A stretch of DNA of 64,000 nucleotides from Candidatus Cloacimonadales bacterium (GTDB taxonomy: Bacteria > Cloacimonadota > Cloacimonadia > Cloacimonadales > JAIOQZ01). The notes beneath the pieces were generated by a model, which did not search any database, was not told the origin of the DNA, and was given only the letters and a program-made list of their open reading frames with translations. Each line of letters begins with the position of its first letter. The stretch's first letter is position 1. Below are positions 28,303 through 37,428 of the stretch, one piece after another. Where the stretch lies: assembly GCA_963662655.2 (NCBI GenBank), contig CAXXTU010000002.1:3488001-3552000 (forward strand). The letters are read 5' to 3'. Made by a program: the position numbers and the translations under genes.

Positions 28303-30579
28303 ATGCAGGATTTTAAACCGAATCAAATCGTAGAACAAGAATTTCGCCTCTCGGATTATCTTCGAATCGTCATGCAACTCAAGTGGGTCGTTTTGCTCGT
28401 TTTCCTGGTTGTTGTAATATCGACCTTCATTTTTACAATTCGATCACAGAAGATATATCAGGCTACAAGTAGCATTTTGATCGAGTCCCAAGCTGAACAG
28501 TTGTTCATGCCAACGATGTCGGCATCCAATACTTCAATAAACAACCAGATCGAAATTCTGAAGAGCCGTCCAGTGCTTGAAGAGGCTGTCGAGATTTTAA
28601 GCACCTATCCTGAATACGAAACACTGCCGATTTATCAGTATGAAGACCAGGCTGGTGTGATTGGTCGCTTGTCATCGGTGGGCGCGAAGCGGGAAACCGA
28701 TATCCTCTCGATAAACTGTCAATCCACTAACCCTAAAGAGGCGAGCGCGGTAGCTAACGCCCTTGCGGAAGCGCTTATTCAAATCAATACCCACAGCGCT
28801 CGTGCCGAGTTGACAACAATTCGTGAATTCCTTGAGGTAACGCTGGAATCAATGGCGCGCCGCCTGCGAGAGTCAGAAGAAGAGCTTAGGCGTTTCAAGC
28901 GGGATCAGGGAATATCGATGCTCTCCGAAGAGACTACGAAGCTTATTGAACAAACATCCGATCTGGATGCTCTGTATCAGGATGCGCAGACTGATTTGCA
29001 GATAGCAAATAAACGTCTTGAGTACCTTCAGAGGGAGCTTGGCAAGCAGGATTCACTTCTCCTGAATGTCAATTCAGTTTTAACGTCGCCACTCCTGGAA
29101 CAGATACGAAAGAACGTTGTAGAAAGTCAGTCGCGTTACGCTAAGCTTTTAACAAAAAAAGAATATACGGAAAACCACCCAGAATTAATCGAACTCAATA
29201 AAGAGATCGAAAGCGCCAAGGAAAAGCTGAACAGCGAGATAGAACGAGTAGTATCCGTTCGCGCTGGCTCTTCCGATCCGCTTGTATACCGTGCCTCATT
29301 AATCGAAGATATTGCAAAGGCGCGTATAGAGCAGAATGTGGCGCATTCGAAGCTGGAAAGCCTCCAGGATGCGCTCGAATCCTATCGATTGCAAATGAGT
29401 ATATTGCCGGATACCGAGCTTCATCTTGCCCGTCTTGAACGTTCTTATCGAATGAACGAGAAGATATACTCAATGCTGGTAGAGAAACACGAGGACGCCA
29501 AGATCGCCGAACAGGCCAAGATGGGTAACATCTCAATGGTTGAACGAGCCAGAGAACCGCGTTCCCCTATCAAACCCAAGAAGTCGATGAACATGCTTGT
29601 CGGTATTCTTCTGGGGATTGGTCTTGGTATCGGTAGCACTTTCGTCATCCATTCGCTCGACACCAAGCTCCGTACGCTTGACGATATGGAGAGCTTCGTT
29701 CGCTTACCGATCATGGGAACAATTCCCTTCATCCATGTAGCGGAAAGCGATATCGAGGATTTGGAGAAAATGATTCAGAAAGCAGAGGGGGAGGAGAAAA
29801 AACAGCTCCAGATATCTCAATACAATATGATCGCGCGTTTGATTACGCACTACGCGCCGAAATCCCCGGTGGCGGAATCTTATCGTACTCTTAGAACGAA
29901 CCTGATTTCCAAGAAGACCAGTGACGAACCGCTGGTGATTCTTATCACGAGTTCCGGGCCAAAAGAAGGTAAATCGACCTCGAACGCAAACCTGGCGATC
30001 GCCATCGCGCAGATGGACGTCAAGGTTGTTCTTTGCGACCTCGACCTTAGGCGCCCCATGATCCACAACTTCTTCAACCGAAGCAAGGAACGTGGAAGCA
30101 GCGATTACCTTATCGATCACTCGCTCAAGATCGAAGACGTCGTGAAGAAAACGGAGATACCCAATCTGGATATCGTGACCAGTGGCTTCGTGCCTCCGAA
30201 TCCTTCCGAGATCATCGCATCCAAGAGAATGGACCAGATGCTCGACGAGCTCAGATCCAAATACGATTATGTATTGATCGACTCGCCTCCCATCATCGCG
30301 GTTACAGACGCGCTCATCCTCTCCAAGAAAGTGGATATGATGACCCTCGTGGTGCGTATCGGCGTAACAGATCGTCAGATCATCAAGAGAACCAAGGAAA
30401 TCCTCGGTAATGTGAACGTTCTCATCACCGGCGTGATTGTGAACGGTATCGAAGTCCAGAAGTACTATAGCGGCTACGGCTACTATTACTACTACTATTA
30501 CTACTACTATTACTACGGGGAGCAGGACCAAAATCAAAAGGGAAAGAGAATCAAGAGCAAAAATAAACAGATATCTTGA
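28303..30579 (+). CDS. wzc: Wzc-family polysaccharide co-polymerase / BY tyrosine kinase
   Basis: Two TM segments flanking a coiled coil; AESYRTLRTN, Walker A GPKEGKST, DLDLRRP, PPNPSE, Walker B LIDSPP; C-terminal Tyr cluster. Confidence 0.93.
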   Translation: MQDFKPNQIVEQEFRLSDYLRIVMQLKWVVLLVFLVVVISTFIFTIRSQKIYQATSSILIESQAEQLFMPTMSASNTSINNQIEILKSRPVLEEAVEILSTYPEYETLPIYQYEDQAGVIGRLSSVGAKRETDILSINCQSTNPKEASAVANALAEALIQINTHSARAELTTIREFLEVTLESMARRLRESEEELRRFKRDQGISMLSEETTKLIEQTSDLDALYQDAQTDLQIANKRLEYLQRELGKQDSLLLNVNSVLTSPLLEQIRKNVVESQSRYAKLLTKKEYTENHPELIELNKEIESAKEKLNSEIERVVSVRAGSSDPLVYRASLIEDIAKARIEQNVAHSKLESLQDALESYRLQMSILPDTELHLARLERSYRMNEKIYSMLVEKHEDAKIAEQAKMGNISMVERAREPRSPIKPKKSMNMLVGILLGIGLGIGSTFVIHSLDTKLRTLDDMESFVRLPIMGTIPFIHVAESDIEDLEKMIQKAEGEEKKQLQISQYNMIARLITHYAPKSPVAESYRTLRTNLISKKTSDEPLVILITSSGPKEGKSTSNANLAIAIAQMDVKVVLCDLDLRRPMIHNFFNRSKERGSSDYLIDHSLKIEDVVKKTEIPNLDIVTSGFVPPNPSEIIASKRMDQMLDELRSKYDYVLIDSPPIIAVTDALILSKKVDMMTLVVRIGVTDRQIIKRTKEILGNVNVLITGVIVNGIEVQKYYSGYGYYYYYYYYYYYYGEQDQNQKGKRIKSKNKQIS
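30481..30516 (+). repeat. Perfect tandem repeat (TACTATTACTAC)x3 encoding 12 consecutive Tyr
   Basis: Read directly from the sequence. Confidence 0.95.
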
Positions 30580-31381
30580 TATCGTTGAACGCCGTCCTGA
30601 CGGCTTTCACGAAATGATAACGGTTTTCCAGGAATTGGAACTCCATGATACGCTTATTTTTACTTTGACAAAAAAACGCGATGTCGAGATTTTGACCAAC
30701 GTGAAATCTTTACAAAACCGGCAGAACCTTATCTGCCGGATTGCGTTCTTTATACAGGAAACATATAACGTCGAGTCAGGCGCAGTTGTGCAGCTCGAAA
30801 AAAGGATACCCGTAGCCGCCGGCCTCGGAGGAGGCAGCAGCAATGCGGCGGCAACGATCCTGGCTCTCTCGGAGCTGTGGTCTTTGAATCTTACACATAA
30901 GGAGATGCATGAGATTGCAGCGAAGTTCGGTAGCGATATCAACTTCTTCCTCGTAGGCGGAACGGCCTTGGGAACCGGCAGAGGTGAGGTTATCGAACCG
31001 ATGCCGGATCGGGAGGAAGAGACGATCCTCCTGGTTAATCCGAGATTCGATGTCTCCAGCGCGGAGGCGTACAAGCTCTATGCAAGGAAGGGGATCGTGA
31101 AAGACCGTTCCCTTGTGATAGCCGAGATGAAAGAGGGCCTGCGGGAGCATCGCTGCTTCAACGCCCTTGAGGCTGGAATCAGGGAAACGTATCCGGAGAT
31201 CGATTCGATCCTGAATCGGATGAACGAAGCAGGAGTCCCATCCATGCTCTCGGGCAGCGGTCCGACCTGCATTGGGTTCTGCAAATCCTCCGATAAGGCC
31301 GGATTGCTGGCGAGTTCGTTCGAGAAAGATGGATTCTGGACTTGCCTGACTAAAACAAGAAACCGAACGAAGGCGGTGTGA
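30533..31381 (+). CDS. ispE: 4-diphosphocytidyl-2-C-methyl-D-erythritol kinase; start uncertain (first ATG 30614 is internal)
   Basis: KRIPVAAGLGGGSSNAA, GSDINFF, LSGSGPT; N-terminal AKINRYLDIVERRPDGFHE lies in frame upstream of the first ATG. Confidence 0.9.
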   Translation: MKRERESRAKINRYLDIVERRPDGFHEMITVFQELELHDTLIFTLTKKRDVEILTNVKSLQNRQNLICRIAFFIQETYNVESGAVVQLEKRIPVAAGLGGGSSNAAATILALSELWSLNLTHKEMHEIAAKFGSDINFFLVGGTALGTGRGEVIEPMPDREEETILLVNPRFDVSSAEAYKLYARKGIVKDRSLVIAEMKEGLREHRCFNALEAGIRETYPEIDSILNRMNEAGVPSMLSGSGPTCIGFCKSSDKAGLLASSFEKDGFWTCLTKTRNRTKAV

Positions 31382-31382
31382 G

Positions 31383-32324
31383 ATGTTCTCGCGTTTACGG
31401 ATTTTTACCGGACGCGCTAATGTGGAGCTGGCAAAGGAAGTCGCAAGGCTTGCCGGTATCCCCTTGGGTGATGCGGAAGTTTTCAAGTTCTCCAACGATG
31501 ACTCGTTTGTGAAGATCAACGAAAACGTTCGCGGAGCCGACGTGTTCATTATACAGCCAACCTGTTACCCGGTTAACGATAACTTGATGGAACTGCTGAT
31601 TATGATCGACGCCCTGAAGAGAGCCTCGGCCAGCAGGATCAACTGCGTGATACCCTACTACGGATACGCGCGCTCGGACAAGAAGGATCAACCCAGGGTG
31701 CCCATCACGGCAAAACTGGTAGCCGATCTGATTGAAACCGCGGGAGCGCATCGTGTGATTACGGTCGACCTGCATGCGGATCAGATCCAGGGGTTCTTCA
31801 ATCTCCCCGTGGATCACCTGATTTCGCTGCCGATCTTCTCGAGATACTTCCGCGCGAATATCGATCTGAGCAATGCGGTCGTTGTGTCCCCCGATTCGGG
31901 CGGAGCAAACAGGGCACGCGGTTTCGCGGATCGCCTGCGTCTCGGTCTGGCGATTGGCGACAAGCGCCGCGTGGACAACAAGGACAACGCGGAAGTGCTC
32001 AACGTAATCGGCGATGTGGAAGGGAAAACGGCGATCCTCTTCGACGACATCGTGGATACGGCAGGCAGCCTTACAAAGATCGCGCACGGGCTGAAGGACT
32101 TCGGCGCCAAGACGATCTACGCTGCATGCGCGCACGGAGTACTCTCCGGCAAAGCGATCGAGAACATCGAAAAATCGCCGATTGAAAAGCTCTTTATCAC
32201 CAATACGGTGCCACTGGGCGAAAAGAAAAGCAATAAAATTGTACAGCTTTCGATTGCCGAATTGCTGGCAATTGCGATAAAAAAGATTCATATCGAAGAA
32301 TCGATCAGTATTTTATTTCGATAA
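31383..32324 (+). CDS. prs: Ribose-phosphate pyrophosphokinase
   Basis: PYYGYARSDKK, DLHADQIQGFF, VSPDSGG, DDIVDTAGS. Confidence 0.97.
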   Translation: MFSRLRIFTGRANVELAKEVARLAGIPLGDAEVFKFSNDDSFVKINENVRGADVFIIQPTCYPVNDNLMELLIMIDALKRASASRINCVIPYYGYARSDKKDQPRVPITAKLVADLIETAGAHRVITVDLHADQIQGFFNLPVDHLISLPIFSRYFRANIDLSNAVVVSPDSGGANRARGFADRLRLGLAIGDKRRVDNKDNAEVLNVIGDVEGKTAILFDDIVDTAGSLTKIAHGLKDFGAKTIYAACAHGVLSGKAIENIEKSPIEKLFITNTVPLGEKKSNKIVQLSIAELLAIAIKKIHIEESISILFR

Positions 32325-32339
32325 GAAGCGGAGGAAGCT

Positions 32340-32951
32340 ATGAATTTGAATATCCAGGCTCAAAAAAGAGAACTTGGTAAAAAATCGGATCTCAATAAAT
32401 TGCGCAGAGACGGATTCGTTCCGGCAGTTGTTTATGGCGAAGGCAAGGAAGGGAAGCCGATTTTCTTGAACTACAGAGAGTTCTTTAACATGTACAAACA
32501 AAGTATCGGCCACATGGCGTTCTTTGTTCTTGAAGTCGAAGGCGAAAAAGTTCGCACGATTTTAAAAGACAAACAGATTCACCCGGTGACTCGCCAGATC
32601 ATTCACATCGATTTTCAGGAACTTCACGCCGGTAAGGAAATCATTATCGACGTTCCGTTGAACTTCGAAGGTGAAGCCCCAGGAATCAAAGAGGGCGGTA
32701 TGCTCGATATCCAGCTTCGTCACATTTCATGCAGCAGCCTTCCCAAGAACATCAAGGACGATATCGTTGTCGACCTTACCGTGCTTGGCGTGGGCGATGT
32801 CATTACTGTGGGCGATCTCGATCTCGGTGAAATGACCAGCCGTGCTGCGGAAGAACTGGCTGTTGCTTCCGTGCACCTGCCGCGTGCTGCAAAAGCTGCT
32901 GACGGTGGCGAAGAAGAAGGCGAAGAAGCCGGAGAAGAAGCCGACGAATAA
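32340..32951 (+). CDS. rplY: 50S ribosomal protein L25/Ctc
   Basis: LRRDGFVPAVVYG, QIHPV, HIDF, GIKEGG; prs-rplY-pth order. Confidence 0.95.
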   Translation: MNLNIQAQKRELGKKSDLNKLRRDGFVPAVVYGEGKEGKPIFLNYREFFNMYKQSIGHMAFFVLEVEGEKVRTILKDKQIHPVTRQIIHIDFQELHAGKEIIIDVPLNFEGEAPGIKEGGMLDIQLRHISCSSLPKNIKDDIVVDLTVLGVGDVITVGDLDLGEMTSRAAEELAVASVHLPRAAKAADGGEEEGEEAGEEADE

Positions 32952-33547
32952 TGAAGTTAGTCGTTGGGCTTGGGAACCCGGGAGATGAATACCGGTCGAC
33001 CAGGCATAATATAGGATTTTTGATCATTGACGAGTTTGCAAAACGGAACGGAATCAGGTTCGGCAACGGAGTCGATCACGAGTTCGGAAGATATCGCGAT
33101 CTATATATCATTAAGCCGTTGCTATACATGAATCGGAGCGGGATTGTCAGCGCAAAGGTGGCGAGCCGCAAAGATTTCGACGACATCCTGGTGGTCTTCG
33201 ACGACGTTAACCTGCCGCTTGGCGAAGTGCGGCTTCGTACGCGCGGTGGAGACGGAGGTCACAACGGGGTGGCAAACCTGATTCAAATGCACGGAACGGA
33301 TGAATTCAACCGTATGCGTATCGGCATCGGCGGCCCCAAAGGGAAAGCGCTGCAAAGATACGTGCTGGAGAAATTCCACGAAGACGAGGCCCGGCAGCTG
33401 GAGGAGACAATCGGCCTCTGCTGCGACCTTCTCGATATCTACGCGCGAGATTCGTTCAAGCATGTTTTAGATAAATTCAGTAGAATAAAAAGATCCTATT
33501 CTGAAGAAAATCTTCAGGATCATCAGACCAAAGGAGGAAATGAATGA
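32951..33547 (+). CDS. pth: Peptidyl-tRNA hydrolase
   Basis: LVVGLGNPG, TRHNIGF, KPLLYMNRSG, GGHNG. Confidence 0.95.
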   Translation: MKLVVGLGNPGDEYRSTRHNIGFLIIDEFAKRNGIRFGNGVDHEFGRYRDLYIIKPLLYMNRSGIVSAKVASRKDFDDILVVFDDVNLPLGEVRLRTRGGDGGHNGVANLIQMHGTDEFNRMRIGIGGPKGKALQRYVLEKFHEDEARQLEETIGLCCDLLDIYARDSFKHVLDKFSRIKRSYSEENLQDHQTKGGNE

Positions 33548-33831
33548 GAAAGTACGAGAGTATGCTCGTGTTTGACCCCGAGCTTACCGAAGATCAGGCC
33601 GTGAAAGAGAATCAGACCTTTTTAGACCTGGTCAAAGAAGAGGGCGGAGAAATCGTTGAAACCGCGAAATGGGGAAAACGTAAGCTCGCCTACGAGATTA
33701 AGAAAAAACGTGAGGGTTATTACTTCGTAAACAATTATCAGTTTGACCCCACCAAGATCGAAGAACTTGAAAGACACCTTCGCATCAGCGAACCGGTTCT
33801 CCGCTATAACATCCTTTCTGAAAACGATTAG
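33544..33831 (+). CDS. rpsF: 30S ribosomal protein S6
   Basis: MRKYE...WGKRKLAYEIKK..EGYY. Confidence 0.96.
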   Translation: MRKYESMLVFDPELTEDQAVKENQTFLDLVKEEGGEIVETAKWGKRKLAYEIKKKREGYYFVNNYQFDPTKIEELERHLRISEPVLRYNILSEND

Positions 33832-33839
33832 GAGTTAAC

Positions 33840-34277
33840 ATGGCAGGCGATTTACGGTTACCTCAAGTCAATACCATTGTCATTGCCGGGCGGATTACCC
33901 GGGAAGTTGAACTTCGTTATACTCAAGGCGGAACACCGGTTGCAGGCATGTCGCTCGCTTTCAGTCGTTACTACAGGGACCAGGCAGGAGAGGGGCACGA
34001 AGAGTCCCACTTCATCGACGTGGTTGCCTGGTCGAAGCTGGCTGAGCGTTGCGCTGCCGAACTCCACAAGGGAAGTCCGATTCTCGTAGAAGGAAGATTG
34101 CAGACGCGCAATTGGGTTGATAAAAACAATCAGAACCGTAAAAGCGTTGAAATCCAGGCGAACAACATCCACTTTCTCGAGTGGGGGAATCGCTCGGGTA
34201 ACGACTACCAGCCGCCTGTCAATCAGCGTGAAGAAATGCCGCAATCCGATGTAACGGATGACGATGTTCCATTTTAA
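33840..34277 (+). CDS. ssb: Single-stranded DNA-binding protein
   Basis: [16 protein letters not shown]-terminal DDDVPF. Confidence 0.96.
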   Translation: MAGDLRLPQVNTIVIAGRITREVELRYTQGGTPVAGMSLAFSRYYRDQAGEGHEESHFIDVVAWSKLAERCAAELHKGSPILVEGRLQTRNWVDKNNQNRKSVEIQANNIHFLEWGNRSGNDYQPPVNQREEMPQSDVTDDDVPF

Positions 34278-34294
34278 ATCAAGGAGTAACAAAC

Positions 34295-34528
34295 ATGCGT
34301 AAATTTGACTCGAGAAAGAAGTTCAGAAAGAAATACTGCAAATTCTGTTCAAAGCCGGATCTGGTAATTGATTACAAGAATATAGATTCACTCAAGTACT
34401 ACGTTGCGGAATCTGGCAAAATCGAACCTACGCGCATCACAGGAACCTGTGCCAAGCACCAGAGAAAACTGGTCCGGGAAATCAAGAAAGCCCGTCAGAT
34501 GGCGCTGCTTCCTTACCGTGCGCTGTAA
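34295..34528 (+). CDS. rpsR: 30S ribosomal protein S18 (Zn-ligand C+ form)
   Basis: [31 protein letters not shown]. Confidence 0.96.
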   Translation: MRKFDSRKKFRKKYCKFCSKPDLVIDYKNIDSLKYYVAESGKIEPTRITGTCAKHQRKLVREIKKARQMALLPYRAL

Positions 34529-34555
34529 TGATATCGTAACAGGTGATTACCATCC

Positions 34556-35446
34556 GTGGTTAGCCTGATTTTACAACCGGTTGCTGCGGCGATTCTTTCG
34601 CTGATCTCCCCGGCGCTGGGTTTGATCTTTTTAACTGGAATATGTGGCAAAAACATGATTCTCGGTCGTGTGAACACCGGAATCCTCTACGCGGCGTACA
34701 TTGTGCTGATCGCGGGAATGTGGATATCCGGCGCGATCGAAGTGAGTGACGCTGCGGACACGATACTCGGCGTAGCGGGAACATCCTTCTTGTTCCTGTA
34801 CATCCTGGTCCGGTTTCGCAGCTACCTGCAAGCGCTGCTCTACGCAGCCGGGTGGATTGCGGTCTACACAAGCGGAAAGGCGTTGCTGTTCGGCAAATAT
34901 TATCATGAGATGATATCCGGAAGCTTCGATGTCTTCATGAATCTGATCAAGGAGGGTGATTACACCCAGGAGCAGATGCAGGCGATTATCGATTTCTGGA
35001 CGAACTTCAAGGCGTTCTTCCTGAGCTACTATCCCTCGGTGTGGATACTTACCATGATTATCGGTGTCTATCTGGGCGCGTTGATCCTTTCAAGAAGGAT
35101 CAACATGAGCTGGGTTCACAAGCGACTGAGAATGCCTTTCCCCCTGGTCTTCCTGCTTATCGCCGGGCTGGTGATGTTCCTCATCCCACAGGCGAAGATC
35201 ATCGGCGGGAATGTCCTGATCGCATTGGCGGGACTTTTCCTGATCGAGGGGGCGGCAATACTCGATTTCTACTGGGGCAAGATGTTCCGGGAATCGAGGG
35301 TCTTATCGTTCATTCTCATCTTCGCGATACTCCTCAACTCCTATATGTTGGGCCTGATCGTGCTGATGGGTATCTTCGATATGTGGTTTGATTTTCGTAA
35401 AATTACAAAATTGGAGGAAATAGATGAAGGTCATTCTGATGACTGA
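34556..35446 (+). CDS. YybS/DUF2232-like membrane protein
   Basis: Polytopic; C-terminal GIFDMWFDFRK; conserved position between rpsR and rplI. Confidence 0.8.
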   Translation: MVSLILQPVAAAILSLISPALGLIFLTGICGKNMILGRVNTGILYAAYIVLIAGMWISGAIEVSDAADTILGVAGTSFLFLYILVRFRSYLQALLYAAGWIAVYTSGKALLFGKYYHEMISGSFDVFMNLIKEGDYTQEQMQAIIDFWTNFKAFFLSYYPSVWILTMIIGVYLGALILSRRINMSWVHKRLRMPFPLVFLLIAGLVMFLIPQAKIIGGNVLIALAGLFLIEGAAILDFYWGKMFRESRVLSFILIFAILLNSYMLGLIVLMGIFDMWFDFRKITKLEEIDEGHSDD

Positions 35447-35894
35447 CGTAGAGAAAACCGGCTCTGCCGGCGATCTTATCAAAGTGAAAGACGGTTTCGC
35501 ACGAAACTACCTTCTCCCCAAGGGCTTTGCCGTTGTGGCAACAGCCGGAAACATGAAACGGATCGGAGCGATCAAAGAAAAAGCTGAGGCCGAACGCCTG
35601 AAAAAGCTGGACGAGTTGAAGGCGTTTGCCAAAACTTTGGAAAATGTGGAAATTCGCTTCCTCCGAAAAGCGGACGAGAACGGTCACCTGTTCGGTTCCG
35701 TTTCTGAAGTGGACATCGTTCATGAACTCGAGAAGAAAGAATTGAATATCCACAAGGCCATGATTCAGATGGATAAGCACTTCAAGGAAACCGGTGAATT
35801 TACGGTCAACGTCAAATTCTCGGCTGAAGTTGTCGCCAAGCTGAAAGTGTTCGTGGAAGTGGAAAAAGAAGAGGAAGCGGAAATCAACGAATAG
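35424..35894 (+). CDS. rplI: 50S ribosomal protein L9
   Basis: MKVIL, VKDGFARNYLLPKG, LFGSV. Confidence 0.97.
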   Translation: MKVILMTDVEKTGSAGDLIKVKDGFARNYLLPKGFAVVATAGNMKRIGAIKEKAEAERLKKLDELKAFAKTLENVEIRFLRKADENGHLFGSVSEVDIVHELEKKELNIHKAMIQMDKHFKETGEFTVNVKFSAEVVAKLKVFVEVEKEEEAEINE

Positions 35895-35903
35895 GAGGTT
35901 GAT

Positions 35904-36473
35904 TTGAAACAGCAACTAATGACGGTGGTCAATGTAATTGGTTGGATTATCCTGTTATTTTGCTTTGCATCGATCGGATTTTCATCCAGCAATCCCAAGA
36001 TAATGATCCCGGCCTATCTAACCTTCTTCGTTCTGGTATTTGGCGGCGTTCTGCTCTATGTCAAAAAACATCAGCGTCGAAGAGAAGTGAATCCCGAGAC
36101 AAAGCACATGATCAATATCATCCTCGGCACCGCGTTGCTGGTGGTGAGTTTGTATGTGCCTGTACGTATGTTCAATACGCTTTTCCCGGGACTCCTAAAT
36201 TTCGGATACGGCGCGATCACGGTAATCGTCTCGGCGGTTTTGGTTGCGTTGGGTATCCTCGGAGTACGCCTGATCAATAATTCGCGCGGCGCAAGCTTCA
36301 TTATGGGGCTTCTCGGCTATGTCGTGTTGATCGTTCTGGCTGTGGTTCCCGCTGCGGTTATCATGCAGTTCGATACGAGCTACAGCTCGCTTGGCGTTGC
36401 GTACTACACCGCGTTGGTGCTCGCTATTCTCTCCTGGTGGGGGATATCGCTAATCAGCGCAAAAACTGAATAG
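35904..36473 (+). CDS. Hypothetical integral membrane protein (~6 TM)
   Basis: GGAGG RBS, TTG start, hydrophobic helices. Confidence 0.7.
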   Translation: MKQQLMTVVNVIGWIILLFCFASIGFSSSNPKIMIPAYLTFFVLVFGGVLLYVKKHQRRREVNPETKHMINIILGTALLVVSLYVPVRMFNTLFPGLLNFGYGAITVIVSAVLVALGILGVRLINNSRGASFIMGLLGYVVLIVLAVVPAAVIMQFDTSYSSLGVAYYTALVLAILSWWGISLISAKTE

Positions 36474-36476
36474 GTC

Positions 36477-36782
36477 ATGGGTGTTGTCCGGGCTGGGAGC
36501 GCGATCGATGAGCTTCTCTACTGGCTCGCTGGAGAAGAGAACAGGGACTTCATGACCCTGTGCCTCCAGTGGAAAAAGCTGGTGGGAGAGCTGATTGCGG
36601 ATCGCAGCTTCGTGCAACGTTTCGAGAATGGTAATCTCCATATTGGTGTAGAAAATAGTGTCTGGATGCAAGAACTCGTCCTCAATCGCGTCAGGCTGCT
36701 GGAGCAGTTGAACCAGTTGCCGGACATCGAAGTAAAGGAGCTTGTGTTCTTTATCAGGAGCCAAAAGCGGATCAATGGTTAA
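36477..36782 (+). CDS. DUF721/DciA-like protein
   Basis: WKKLVG..IA...LHIGVENSVWMQEL pattern. Confidence 0.75.
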   Translation: MGVVRAGSAIDELLYWLAGEENRDFMTLCLQWKKLVGELIADRSFVQRFENGNLHIGVENSVWMQELVLNRVRLLEQLNQLPDIEVKELVFFIRSQKRING

Positions 36783-37428
36783 AATAGCGCCTTCCATTCT
36801 TTCGGCCGATTTCATGCGGCTGGGAGATGAGATACAAGCTGTCGAACAGGCAGGAGCGGATATCATCCATCTGGATGTCATGGATGGGCATTTTGTGCCT
36901 AACCTGACATTCGGCATGCCGATCATCCGGCAAATCGCAGGTATCGCCTCGAAGCCGCTCGACGCGCACTTGATGGTAACCAACCCGCAAGACTATTTTC
37001 AACCCCTCTCGGAAGCAGGCCTCAGCTACGTGTCGTTTCATCCCGAAACGGTCTATCATGTCCACCGCGAGGTGGGCAAGATACGCGAGCTGGGAATGAA
37101 GGCGGGACTCGCCCTCAACCCTGCGAAACCCGTGCAAGATATCTTCCCGATTCTGAACGAATTGGATTTCGTGCTCTTTATGAGTGTTAACCCTGGATTC
37201 GGCGGACAGAGCTTTCTTCCGCTGGTCTACGATAAAATAAAGGCTTTGAGAGAAGAGGTCGCCCGGTGCGGCGCGGAGCTGGAGATCGAGATCGACGGCG
37301 GCGTGACGCACGAGAACATCGGCGAGCTTGCGAAGGCAGGCGTAACCATGTTCGTGGCGGGTTCCTACATCTTCAAGGCGGATCGCTATGAAAAACAGAT
37401 TGAGAGGCTTCGATGTTCGGTGAACTGA
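36775..37428 (+). CDS. rpe: Ribulose-phosphate 3-epimerase
   Basis: IAPSILSADF, HLDVMDGHFVPN, MSVNPGFGGQ, IDGGV. Confidence 0.97.
   Translation: MVKIAPSILSADFMRLGDEIQAVEQAGADIIHLDVMDGHFVPNLTFGMPIIRQIAGIASKPLDAHLMVTNPQDYFQPLSEAGLSYVSFHPETVYHVHREVGKIRELGMKAGLALNPAKPVQDIFPILNELDFVLFMSVNPGFGGQSFLPLVYDKIKALREEVARCGAELEIEIDGGVTHENIGELAKAGVTMFVAGSYIFKADRYEKQIERLRCSVN

Noticed and set aside
30481..30516. Short tandem repeat as a possible CRISPR or phase-variation ON/OFF switch
   Set aside because: No spacers; the unit is a multiple of 3, so slippage keeps the frame. No CRISPR array or cas gene was seen anywhere in the window
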